This document shows, piece after piece, positions 36,960 to 50,306 of a stretch of DNA of 64,000 nucleotides. Under the pieces are notes generated by a model. That model had not been told where the DNA came from, ran no database searches, and worked only from the letters and a program-made list of their open reading frames with translations. Made by a program: the position numbers and the translations under genes. Location of the stretch: NCBI RefSeq assembly GCF_006345805.1, contig NC_043011.1, positions 17,496,464 through 17,560,463 of the forward strand, given 5' to 3'. This DNA comes from Octopus sinensis. Taxonomy: Eukaryota. Position 1 is the stretch's first letter; each line of letters starts with the position of its first letter.

Positions 36960-38340
36960 ACAACAAATTCGCAAGGAAACTTGGTATTAATCCTGAAATA
37001 TTTGAAGAATCTGAAACCACTGCCACAAAAGAAGCAAAATGGATCAAGCAGACTGCAAAAAAGAAAGGGCAGAAACAAATTGAGAAGCGGTGGAGGCAGA
37101 ATCCTCTGCATGGAAAGTATATACTTCAAAGTTGAAATGCTGTTGTAGATCAAGCAACTACCCATCAGTGGCTGAGAAGTTCAGGACTGAAAGCAGAGCC
37201 TGAAGGTTTCATATTGGCGGCACAAGATCAAAATTTACTCACAAGAATCTACCAGGTTAACGTTCTTCAAATCGGTTTTGACTCTAAATGCAGCTTCTGC
37301 GACACATTTGACGAAACAATAGATAATTTCGTCTCGGGGTGTCCTGTGCTGACACCAAACGAATAAAAAATCTCCAAGATACGTTAGGATAGTATTGACA
37401 TAAGAAAATACGTAAGCACTACAAAATCAGCACTCCTGCTGACTGGTATGAACATCATCCTCAGTCAGTCATTGAAGGTAAAAATGTCACTATACTCTGG
37501 GTTTTTCCTGGCAACACTGACAGAGAGATCCAGGCTAATCGACCAGACATAATTACTAAAGACTGGGAAGAAAATACATGTAGACTAATAGATGTAATTG
37601 TTTCCACCGATAAAAATATATTTGTCAAGGAATTTGACAAACTAAGTAAATATAACAATTGCAGCGTGGAAGATGTTTATGAGCTATTTAAGAAACACAC
37701 AAAACCGTTAGATTCACTTCAACATTTAAATTTAATTTGTCAAAATATTTTCTTCGCTTTGAGACCGCGACCTGCTGCAGCACGAAGTTTTGTCAGTGTA
37801 CAGGTCGCGGTCTCAAAGCGACGAAAATATTTTGAAAAATTAAATCTAAATGTTGAAGTGAATCTAACGGTTTTGTGTGTTTCTTAAATGGCTTATAAAC
37901 ACCTTCCACGCTGCAATTTTTTTCGTTCCAGCACACGACCTCAGATCAAGTTACTCGCTATGTAAGTACATCTAAGTAAATATAAGGACCTGGAAATTGA
38001 AATACAAAAGATGTGGCATCTTAAGACGAGAGCTGTTCCTATTATTCTAGGTGCTCTATGTATGATAAAATAGGGATGTCAGAAACATCTAGCTAAGATC
38101 CCAGGAGAACCATGTCTCTGAGAAATCCAAAAGATTGTACTGACAAGTACTGCTCACATCTTTAGAAAAACCCTATCCATTTAAATGTCTGTGTTGTATT
38201 ATATGAATATATTTTTCTACTTCCCTTCCGCCAGCTTTCAATCATACTGTTATATCTCTTATCCTTTACTCGCCCCAGGACCAGGACACTGGGTATGTCT
38301 CGGTAAGTGACGTGTAATAAACGTGCAGATTAAAAGTAAA
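36960..38340 (+). mobile_element. RLE-type (R4/Dong-like) LINE 3' part, interrupted by a fold-back insertion
   Basis: 'PLHGKY...THQWLRSSGLKAEPEGFILAAQDQ', zinc-knuckle-like 'CSFCDTFDETIDNFVSGC', RLE 'IQANRPDII...LIDV', 'LSKY|KDLEIEIQKMW...VPIILGAL'; ends in a trinucleotide tail. Confidence 0.9.
37655..37971. mobile_element. Fold-back element (118-bp inverted arms), 13-bp TSD, probable Penelope pLTR derivative
   Basis: Arms at 37657-37774 and 37801-37918; TSD CTAAGTAAATATA at 37642-37654 and 37972-37984. Removing the insert and one TSD restores the host LINE frame (KLSKY-KDLEI). Confidence 0.85.
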
Positions 38341-38348
38341 TGCTGCTG

Positions 38349-38400
<52 letters not shown>

Positions 38401-38422
38401 CACCACCACCACCACCACCACC

Positions 38423-38468
<46 letters not shown>
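38340..38468. repeat. Compound (CTG)(CTA)n(CCA)n(CTA)n microsatellite
   Basis: Direct reading. Confidence 0.97.
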
Positions 38469-38469
38469 A

Positions 38470-39010
38470 ATGTCCTGATGCAATACCAGGCAGTGGCTTT
38501 CATGGCTTCTGATCTTAACTGATTGGAAGTGTTATCTTGTACATTGTTTTGTCTTGGTATAAAATATTCTGCTAAATACCACAGTTTAGGTTGTCAATTG
38601 TTTTACCTTAACCAGTTGAGCATGTCCTTTAGTGGCTGACGATATGTGCATCTCTGATCACGAGCAGAAGTAGTGGAGGAGCATCATAGCCATGTGCTGA
38701 GAGAAATTATTGGGGGTTTGAATAATTCGCGAATGGAAACGAGTTTTTCGTTCAACATCCTAAAACAAATATTATTGAAGGACCTTTTGAGCGGGATGGG
38801 CTACTCAGCCTGAAAAAATTCTAACGGGGCTCCAGCTGAAATGTCATCCGGGTTTTATCTAGATATAAGATTACCATGTCTAGCACAGGTGGTTGTGATG
38901 CTTGTGCTTGGTGTATCCTTGTCAGATGGGTAGTTATGTGGGGTATACAGGGCTTCGGATAATTGTACTCCAGTGTTACTGCGATGCCATACCCTGCTCA
39001 CTCACCCAAT
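38470..39010 (+). repeat. Dispersed repeat family E
   Basis: Reverse-complement homologue of 39297-39765; ends in (AAT/AAC)n. Confidence 0.8.
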
Positions 39011-39296
39011 GATAATAATAACAACAACAACAACAACAACAATAATAATAATAATAATAATAATTGTTATTATTATTAGTTGTAGTAGTTCTAGTTCTTT
39101 CATCCTTTCAAGGTCGATTAAATAAATACTAGTTAAACAGAGGGGTCGAAGGAATCGACGTATCCCTCCCCACAAATTGGTGGCCTTGTGTCAACATTTG
39201 AAATCAAATCATCATCATCCTCATCATCAAACATCATCATCATCATAATCTTTATCATCATCATCATCATGATCACCCCATCATCATCATCATCAT

Positions 39297-40110
<814 letters not shown>

Positions 40111-42079
40111 TGTTTTCCGTTCTCTGCTTGCGTAGCACCAAAATTTGCACGTCCATTGTCCTTTATGTAGGTTTTTGGTGAAGGTGAAATTTTGTATGGA
40201 TACCACATCTGTTTGATTGTTGTGGAGATTCTTGATTTTGCTTCTAGAATTCATTTTGTATTTTTTATCACGTATTTTCGTGTACGATGATGACTGTGTT
40301 GGGTACCGTTTGTGTATGAATTTGTAGTATCATTGCATAACCGTAGGCAGCATTACACTAAGGGAGGTTCTCAATTACGAAATTGAATAATCCTGTAGCG
40401 TGTAATTGGCAAAAAATACAAAATTACAATATGTGTTACGTAATGAATATATTTTCTTGGAATTGTATAAAGCACGTTCAAAACTTTCGGTTTATTGGGT
40501 GGTATATGTGTATAGAATGAGTCACCTTAATTGGTGTTTCCGTATATGTGTAATTTTATCCGGTGTCAGTTATATAAGAGCTTTGCAGTGTTATCTTATT
40601 GAATTATATGGAATATGAGCTCTATGTGCTGTTATATTATTAGCAGGTCTTTCAGCAGTGTATATACTTTGTGAGATGTACAGAAGTTATATAATGTGTG
40701 AATTGCACTACTGAATTGAAACTGGCCTGTGTAGGAGATAATGCGGCTTGAACCTATAATGGATTGATAAAATGTATTGTCAGCCATGTACTAGGGGGTT
40801 GATGTATTCGACTAACACTCTTCCGTCAATCTTTCTGGGCATTTATCCATTTTAAAGATATGAATTATAATTATTGATGCTCTCGTTGTTCTTTGTCAAA
40901 AGCAGATGGTTTTCATGGAGCTCCAGAAGAAAATGAAATGTTGCCACGATGTATTTCCTGTATATATTGCTTTATGATTATTTGCCAAGGGAAAGTTGAG
41001 AAGTGATTCTGTATCTGCTACTTTTACCATGTAGCAAGGGTAAAAAAACATGCTTTAACTTGGATACTCTTACCGATATTTTGTATAGTTCGTATCTTTC
41101 CTCTGAAGGAATATTAAGAGATGCTTATAAACGTGTTTGTAGAATGATGTAGAGACATATTACCAAATCTTTCATAGAATACAAAAATCACATGCATATG
41201 TTGCCTAGTATAGTACATGAAATAAAATGATGTTATAAACAAATATGTAGAATATTTACGCATGAATACATGCAAAGTACTATACAAGTATTAGTAGAGT
41301 TCATGCATTTTATTAAAGTAGGAAATGACAAAAAGTGCAACTCCGCTACATTCATTAACTAAAGACCATCGGAAAAGAAAAAGACAACGAATGGTTTTCT
41401 TTCTTGGGACGATGTCTTCATGCGTTCTGCATACATGGAGGAACTGGGTATGTGGAGGGTAAACGATATCCACCTTTTGTTGAAAATGGAAGCTGACTTC
41501 ATATCCCATTAAAGATTTTTGACAAAAGAGAAGCATTGATCGATACTGGAAGAGATACCATTTTAACGATTGTTGTCAGGCATATGGAAACATATGAGTG
41601 CATTTCGAAACCGACGGCAGAACGAGATGGTAGGCCATACACTTACCCAAATTCTTCTGTTGCAAAATATGGTGTCACAGTAATTATTTCAGAAAAAAAA
41701 TAACAAAGAAGAAAAGAAAACCCCATTTGAATTTGAAGATAGATACAATTTTAACTGAATATACAAAAAGATGAATTTGTACAACATAATTAAATGTACT
41801 AGCAATAATAATACAAGCTCGTAAGATATTAACAAAAATACAAAGCCTCATGGAAAAGCATTATATACCAAAAAAGGCTTTTAGGTGTGGGTCAAATATA
41901 AGCCAAGCGGAAGTGGCAATGGTGTGTCACAGAAGGGAATACTTCCTTGTTGAGTTTATGGGAAAATGAAGAAGGCTGCTCAAATTTCTTTCGTGAAAAT
42001 TGTAACGGGCATTCATGAATTATTATAGGAATGGTTAAGGGAGGCCCTGGAATGTATATAATACCGTATGAGTTCTTTT

Positions 42080-43100
42080 TACGGTGATACCAATGACAGT
42101 AACAAAAATAGCAGCAGCAATACAAACAAGTGCCGATACTGCTGCTGCGACAACGGCAGCAGTAGAAACACCAGACGCAAGAGCGATACCAGCAACACAA
42201 CTACAGCTGTAGATGCGACAAAAACAACATCTGTAGTACCAATATAAGAGAAACACGAGCAGAGCTAAAACCCATAAACCAAGAAAATTTTCAACCCTAA
42301 CACCCTCCCTGTTATTCGTCCTCTCGTCCTCTCTTTCGTACACAGACAAACTAGCTCACCGACACATTGAAACAAACCTTAACTCCGTGCTGTGCCATTA
42401 CTGAAACAAAGGGAAATGTTTTCAGGACAAGCACTTTCAAAGTGCCACAATATATTGAAGAGATAAGACAGAAAACGATGACATAATTTCCGTGAGTGAT
42501 AATGCGAAGTCCAGAAGTAGCGTGCTAAAGGATTTCCGAAAGTAATGCAAAATTTCATGGAAACCAAGGCATCCAGTGTCAGAGACCAGCAAACGGATAA
42601 ATAAACCGTTTCTTTCTCTACTTCTACCCAATAAAACAGTTCTGTTATTGGAGTGTATAACTGCACGTGTCCCGGGGTTAGGCAAGAAGCCAGGTTGGGA
42701 TGTGACAGACAGCAGCTAGACGAGCATTTCTAGCATGCCCTAGCACCCATTTTTGATGATCTCGATGTCTTTGTATGTCTTACCCGGCCCACAAAGAGGG
42801 TGGGTAGCGGGATAGTCGAACTTTTTTAGTATGTTCTGGAATTGAACCGTAGCGAAAGAGGTGTTTTCAGACTAACTATCACTGGGGTGGGATGACCAGA
42901 TTTCTTAGGGCACCTGAAGGTTTTTCTGCGAACGTTGTCCTCTAATAGTACTAGTTGGCGATTGGAACGCCACTTGGATGCACATCCAATCGTTAGATTT
43001 ATTCTTGGAGTAAACAGCGTGTTTTGTCCTTTTTTAAAGGTACATCGTTTCACAATCATCCTGTGCGTATCAACATGATGCCAGCGCAAACTCACATGCT
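42080..43100 (+). mobile_element. Possible decayed non-LTR ORF1-like fragment
   Basis: GC-richer, stop-interrupted protein-like frames with an A/T-rich low-complexity stretch; no diagnostic motif recognised. Confidence 0.25.
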
Positions 43101-43980
43101 TCAACTCTCATATTTTCTATGTTTCACTGAATCAAACTTGGACGACTGAGAGAGTGCTTATGTTTGATCACGTCTACGAAGGAACCTAAAACAATTAACG
43201 AAAGTAAGATGCAAGCAGCCAAATTCAATACACTTAGTAACTGACGGCTAAGCCACATATATTGGATTTCTTTATGGCTGAGTACACTGTTTTTATATGT
43301 TTAATATAAACACTTCTACAAATGACTCACACGAAAACAAATAATAAGCACGTAAATGGAATAGATTTCAATATTTTTTTTTTTTGCTAGATACATGAAG
43401 TACAGAGTTAACATTTCTGATACCAATGAGATTTTTAATGGTCAGTCATGTTGGTATAACGCAAGTAACTTTGCTGATACTGCTATTAACTTACAGTATC
43501 CTAGGTTATAGGAAATCATGTCTGTAGGTGGATTGAATTCTTTAGAAGTTATTCATACTCATGCCTCAATTTCAATATCATCTCTTGATTTTCATAAATT
43601 ATTGAATTTATGCGTGAAAATGTTGTACTTCTCAAACAGAGAAAGTGTTTTTTATCTTCTGTCCAAAGGTGTTGGCTATTGATATTATTAATACAATTCT
43701 ACTTCAAAGAACAGATGCATTAAGATAGTGATGTAGCAATTTCTATCACGTTTCTACTGAAGAAAGAGACGATATCCATTGCCTATCTACTTTTCAATGT
43801 GTTATTGGCGAATTCCTGAACATTTTTCACTGAATTTGACATCCTACATATACTCTAGTAGTATTTATTAAATTACAGTGTGTACTTAGAAATAGAATAT
43901 ATAAATTTATAGCGTAAATGTCGCAGACACACAGACGGACAGAGACACACACATAACGTATGCATGTGTACTATTTATCA

Positions 43981-44046
<66 letters not shown>

Positions 44047-44068
44047 GTGTCGGTCTGTCTGCCTGTCT

Positions 44069-44099
<31 letters not shown>

Positions 44100-44149
44100 A
44101 ACATGACAGAAGTAAATAGACAGACCATAAAAATTTTTTTTATTCTAAC

Positions 44150-45190
44150 TTGAAAAAGTTTATATATTTTTTAATTAATGGACATTTTTCTGATTCAGGT
44201 TCTATATGCGACTGTTTAATCATGCCACATACGAAAGAGGCCTTGGAACTGTCCAAATTTCAAAGAAGCCGTACTGTGGGTCAATCTGGAGGTGGACTTA
44301 GCCTAAAATCGCAGAAAACCTTGGCATACCGCTTTGTATAGTCAATAGAGTGATTGTGCAATTCACCAGAGAGGGGAAAGAGTCCACATCACCTTGCCCA
44401 AGTCGATTAGGCTCCTCTGACAGGAACCTTTGCTTTGTTAAGTGAAGTGTGGAGGATAGTCCTCATTGCAAGTCCCCTGACATAGCAAATTTGTGTCAGT
44501 CCCAGAACAGTTATTTGGTATTACTAGGAACTTGGCTACTATGGCAGAGCAGCAAGAAGTAAGCCACTTCTTCAATAAGCTATTAAGTGGAGAAAAGACT
44601 GGACCAATGAAATGGTGAAGTGGCTGGTAGCATTTTGGGACACTATCATATTCTCTCATGAGTCCAGATTTGCTGTAATTTTCGATAGTGGTCGAGTGTG
44701 GGTCTGTGATGAAGAATTTGACATGAAAAGATTACTGCCAACAATGAAACAAGGCACAGCTATTCTTTTATGGTCTGGGGAGCAATTTGGAGCAATGGTC
44801 AATCAGAGCTAGTAGAATGTGATGGAAACATAAACACAGATAAATATGTGTCCATATTGCAGAAAGGACTCCTTCCAATCTTCTCCAATGGTGAAATGAT
44901 TAAAGAAGACTATTTATGGAAGATGGGGCTCTTTGTCACTTGGCTAAAAAGGCCCAAGGTTGGTTAAAAAATAATGGACAAGGCACTTCGTAAAGTGAAC
45001 AAGAAAGCATCATCGAAGCCAGATCTTTTGAGATTACTGCAAGAAACGTGGCAAAAAATTCTGCAAGAGAATATTTGTCATCTGATCACTGGCATATCAT
45101 ATAGGATCCGTGCATTGAAAATGCTAAGAGCATGTCTACTAAATATTAGATATTCACATTATGCTAAAGGTTGAAAGCAAATTCGTTCAG
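44150..45190 (+). mobile_element. Tc1-like transposase pseudogene
   Basis: HTH region '[19 protein letters not shown]', 'WDTIIFSHESRF', '[36 protein letters not shown]', C-terminal 'LQETWQKI'. Confidence 0.88.
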
Positions 45191-45204
45191 CATTCGATAC
45201 TCCT

Positions 45205-45625
45205 ATAGGCGTAGTAGTGGCTGTGTGGTAAGTAGCTTGCTTACCAACCACATGGTTCTGGATTCAGTCCCACTGCGTGGCACCTTGGGCAAGTGTTTTC
45301 TACTATAAGCCTTGAGCCGACCAAAGCCTTGTGAGTGGATTTGGTAGACGGAAACTGAAAGAAGCCCGTCGTATATATGTATATGTATATGTGTGTGTGT
45401 TTTTGTGTGTCTGTGTTTGTCCCCCCTCCAACAACACTTGACAACTGATGCTGGTGTGTTTACCTCTCCGTAACTTAGCGGTTCGGTAAAAGAGACCGAT
45501 AGATAAGCACTAGGCTTACAAAGAATAAGTCCTGGGGTCGATTTGATCGACTAAAAGTGGTGTTCCAGCATGGCCGCAGTCAAATGACTGAAACAAGTAA
45601 AAGAGTAAAGGAGTAAAAGAGTAAA
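45205..45625 (+). mobile_element. SINE family A, full-length reference copy
   Basis: A-box-like GTGGCTGTGTGGTAAG, B-box-like GATTCAGTCCC, internal (TA/TG)n tract, (AAAGAGTA)n tail. Confidence 0.93.
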
Positions 45626-46334
45626 TAATTTGTATATATAATTCCAGATTTAAATAAATTTTAATGATTATAAGCCTGTCTATTTACTTCTGTCGTATCT
45701 GTGTGTGTGTAGATACACACACAAACACACACACATGCATACATACATACATATATACATACACACGGACAGGCAGGCAGGCAGGTAGACAGACGTAAGT
45801 ATATATGCATGTATAACGAACGAAAAGGGTAGATGATATTGCAAGCCTGATGGCTGTGAAATTTGGGAGGACAGATCAGCAACAAGGGATGCAAGGGATG
45901 TTGGATTAGACGATGACGTTTCCAGTGGTGTCAGTTACAAGCAGAGATAATGGTGAAGCTTTATCGATTTGGATAAGGGTATATATGCTTAGGGAATGAA
46001 GATGCAATCGCTGAGATTGAAGGCATCGGGGAGAGGGAAGGGAGATGAGTTGGCGCATGGTTGAAGAAATGTGGTGTTGGTGGCGCTGTATGAACTTCAT
46101 TTCCATTATGTTTTCATTTCTCTTTTCTCTTCTTTTTCGTTTTCTCCTATTTATATGCTTTACATTCATTACTCCCGCTTTCCTTTTGCTCCTCCACATG
46201 CGACACTAGATTTCTCCCCTCTTAGAATGTATTTAATTCTTGGACAGCGTTGTATTGTGCCCTCTTTCACATCCCTCGTCTTTTGAGGGGAACATTCTCT
46301 CACATTACACTTTCTCACATTCATAGGCCTACTT

Positions 46335-46638
46335 TGTTTGTTCCTTCTCGATCCATGCTTGGCTCATAAGGGCTGGTTTCCCGGTTTCTTGGCGTATAGG
46401 TTCCCCACCTGGACGGGACGCTGGTCCGTCGCAGGTGAGCTGCAAGATGCAGGAGGAAAGAGTGAGAGAAAGTTGTGGCGAAAGAGTTAGTAGATGTTCG
46501 CCATTACCTTCTGCTGGAGCCGGGTGGAGCTTAGGTCCTTTTTCGCTCATAAACACACACATCACCCGGTCTGAGATTCGAACTCGCGATCCCTCGACCG
46601 CGGGTCTGCTGCTCTAACCACTGGGCCATGTGCCTCCA
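46335..46638 (-). mobile_element. SINE family B variant with a third tail type, with TSD
   Basis: Head TGGCCCAGTGGTTAGAGC...GAGTTCGAATCTC; 13-bp TSD CATAGGCCTACTT at 46322-46334 and 46639-46651; (CAAA)n end. Confidence 0.9.
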
Positions 46639-46821
46639 CATAGGCCTACTTATATTTCCATCAACCCCACATTCCTCTTGTGTCTCACCTTACACCTAAA
46701 CCCGCTCGAATCTCTTTCGACACTTTCATCTAACTGTTAACGATTGCCGACACACAATAACACCCCACTCCATTACCTCAAGCCACTATATTTTGTACTT
46801 GCACACATATCTGTACGTATC

Positions 46822-46896
46822 ACAAAGCCATACATCAGTACACTACATTTTGCTCACTTCAAAGCACGGGGACACTTCTACACGCACAAACACATG

Positions 46897-46930
<34 letters not shown>

Positions 46931-49632
46931 TACACACATACACTCATATCATCTTCCTTTCTTAATCCAATTACATCCACTTTCCACATTACCACATGCA
47001 CATAGAATTTCTTTTTCTTCTCAACCACTTTTAATCATCGGCACGCCTCTTTTGCTTGTTTTCTATACTTTTTCTTGATGAAAGACCAGCATCCGAAAAG
47101 CTATTACTCTTACCCTTTAATTTGAGAGTTAAGCTAATACAATATTTGTTAAAAATCCCCCCTCCTTTGATGCCATTCATCTTTGTGTTTTGTTTATTGC
47201 CTTCATAAAATAATGTTAACACTTTCACATTTTTCTACTGTATCAGTCTAGCTATCTGAATATGTATGTATGTAAGTATGTATAAATATGCATATTTTTG
47301 TATGTATATAAGTATAAATATGCATGTATAAATATGTATGTATATAAGTATATGTATGCATATATGTATGTATGTATTAATATATATATATTTATGTATG
47401 TAAATAAGTATAAATATGTATATAAGTATATGTATGCATATATGTATGCATGTATGTATGTATGTATGAATGTACGTATATGTGTATGCATGCATGTATG
47501 AATGTATGTATGTATGTATGCATGCATTTACGTACATACGCATGTATTTTATCCATTATCTTGCTTTTAGTCATGCTGGAGCACCACCTTCAAGACGTTT
47601 TAGTCGAATGTATCGACACCATTGCTTTTTAAAGTGTTGTACTTGTGCTATAGGTGTGTTTTGCCGAATCGCTATAATACAGGGACGTAAACACACCAAA
47701 AACAGTTGTCAAGTGCTGGAGGGAAAAAAACACGCACATACATATATCCACTGTACTGTGCTCTCCTTTCCCATCCATTCTCCCTACCACTTCATCCTGC
47801 GGGATTTCCATCGTCTCCAATCCGGTCCTACCACCTTCACCGTTTTCCCCAACTCAACTTACTCCGCCTTCAGACGTGCCGGTAACCTATATATATAAAT
47901 AGATCAAATGTATGCAAATTACACGTACCTCAATGATTGCACGTTATTTTTACGTACAGAGTTTCCAACATGGATTTGTTTCTTTTGTCGAACTAGATGA
48001 CACCTCACAGATTGTGACATCTTTGCTGCTAGTTTAATTGTCTTCTACAAAAAAAGGAGATGAAGATCATAAGTTTCGTTTCTTTCTTTTCTTGTTCCAA
48101 TTTTTGCATCAAATCCTTTTTTCTTCTCTAAGCCTTTCTTTCTTCTCCATTTCTTCTCGGGTTTCTCACAGACCAGCATCGTGGTTTTTAAATACATCTA
48201 ACGATACGCACTGAGCCTGAAAAATTGCTTGGAGAGATATGACAAAGCCATACATCAGTACACTACATTTTGCTCACTTCAAAGCACGGGGACACTTCTA
48301 CACACACAAACACATGCATACACACACACACACAAATACACACATACACTCATATCATCTTCCTTTCTTAATCCAATTACATCCACTTTCCACATTACCA
48401 CATGCACATAGAATTTCTTTTTCTTCTCAACCACTTTTAATCATCGGCACGCCTCTTTTGCTTGTTTTCTATACTTTTTCTTGATGAAAGACCAGCATCC
48501 GAAAAGCTATTACTCTTACCCTTTAATTTGAGAGTTAAGCTAATACAATATTTGTTAAAAATCCCACCTCCTTTGATGCCATTCATCTTTGTGTTTTGTT
48601 TATTGCCTTCATAAAATAATGTTAACACTTTCACATTTTTCTACTGTATCAGTCTAGCTATCTGAATATGTATGTATGTAAGTTTGTATAAATATGCATA
48701 TTTTTGTATGTATATAAGTATAAATATGCATGTATAAATATGTATGTATATAAGTATATGTATGCATATATGTATGTATGTATTAATATATATATATTTA
48801 TGTATGTAAATAAGTATAAATATGTATATAAGTATATGTATGCATATATGTATGCATGTATGTATGTATGTATGAATGTACGTATATGTGTATGCATGCA
48901 TGTATGAATGTATGTATGTATGTATGCATGCATTTACGTACATACGCATGTATTTTATCCATTATCTTGCTTTTAGTCATGCTGGAGCACCACCTTCAAG
49001 ACGTTTTAGTCGAATGTATCGACACCATTGCTTTTTAAAGTGTTGTACTTGTGCTATAGGTGTGTTTTGCCGAACCGCTATAATACAGGGACGTAAACAC
49101 ACCAAAAACAGTTGTCAAGTGCTGGAGGGAAAAAAACACGCACATACATATATCCACTGTGCTCTCCTTTCCCATCCATTCACCCTACCACTTCATCCTG
49201 CAGGATTTCCATCGTCTCCAATCCGGTCCTACCACCTTCACCATTTTCCCCAACTCAACTTACTCCGCCTTCAGACGTGCCGGTAACCTACATATATAAA
49301 TAGATCAAATGCATGCAAATTATACGTACCTGAATGATTGCACGTTATTTTTACGTACAGAGTTTCCAACATGGACATGTTTCTTTTGTTGAACTAGATG
49401 ACACCTCACAGATTGTGACATCTTTGCTGCTAGTTTAATTGTCTTCTACAGAAAAAGGAGATGAAGATCATAATTTTCGTTTCTTTCTTTTCTTGTTCCA
49501 ATGTTTGCATCAGATCTCTAAACCATTCTTTCTTCTCCATTTCTTCTCAGGTTTCTCATAGACCAGCCTCGTGGTTTTTAAATACATCTAACAATACACA
49601 CTGAGCCTGAAAAATTGCTTGGAGAGATATGA
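46822..49632. repeat. Tandem duplication of a roughly 1.4-kb unit (46822-48242 and 48243-49632)
   Basis: Near-identical copies, including the complex TATG satellite, a SINE A fragment and a Penelope-like linker fragment (ILRDFHRLQSGPTT...AFRRAGNL). Confidence 0.97.
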
Positions 49633-49649
49633 CATCTTATAATAATTCT

Positions 49650-50306
49650 GGTTGTTTCTCCGTTACTTAGCCCGTCCGTAAACCTTTCACATGATTAGTT
49701 GAAGGAGTCGGGAAAGAGAGGAGAGGGGGAAAAAGAGAGGACAGGTGAGAAATGGAATGGAGAGGGGAGAAAAGAGGGTGGGGTTGCGGGGAGGGAGGTG
49801 GAAGGGAAGAGGATGTGGAAGGGAAGCGGATGGGGAAGGGATAAGATGTGGAGGGGAGGGTGTGTAGAGGGCAGGGACGTGGAGGGGGAATGTGTGGGGG
49901 AAGTGGTGGTTGTGAGTAAAATGGGCAATTAAGTTTTTTAAGTAAGTTTTCCCTCCGTTACTTAGCCCGTCTGTAACGCTTTCACGTGATTACTTGAAGA
50001 GAAAGGCGAAGAGAGAAAGAAAAAGAAGAGTGAAAAAGAGGATAAGGTAAAGAGTGAGAGAGAAAGGGGGATGCTGAGTAATAAGTCTGTAAAATTGTGA
50101 ATGAAATATATAAAAGGTATATATAAAGTGCATTAAATAATCATCATATTCTAGTTTCCTTCCCTTTATAATTAGTAGCAGATGAGCGACTATCTTTTGA
50201 TATAGACACAACACAGGCGACACTTTCAGACCTTTTGGATAAAGTTTGCAGAAATAACCTAATAAGTTTACCATTATTCCCGTGAAATATTCACGGGTCT
50301 CGTTAG
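49650..50306 (+). mobile_element. Possible Helitron-like 3' end
   Basis: Perfect hairpin CCCGTGAA-ATA-TTCACGGG (50279-50297) followed by tctcg-TTAG|T; internal roughly 50-bp direct repeat near 49655 and 49950. The 5' limit is uncertain. Confidence 0.45.

Noticed and set aside
42035-42349. 104-aa hydrophobic minus-strand ORF that looks like a membrane protein
   Set aside because: It is the antisense of an Ala/Thr-rich low-complexity stretch, so the hydrophobicity follows from codon composition.
47070-47110. TTGATGA-aagaccagcatcc-GAAAAG (also at about 48480), resembling a minimal PLE hammerhead
   Set aside because: Stem II, stem III and stem I are not supported; at best a dead relic.
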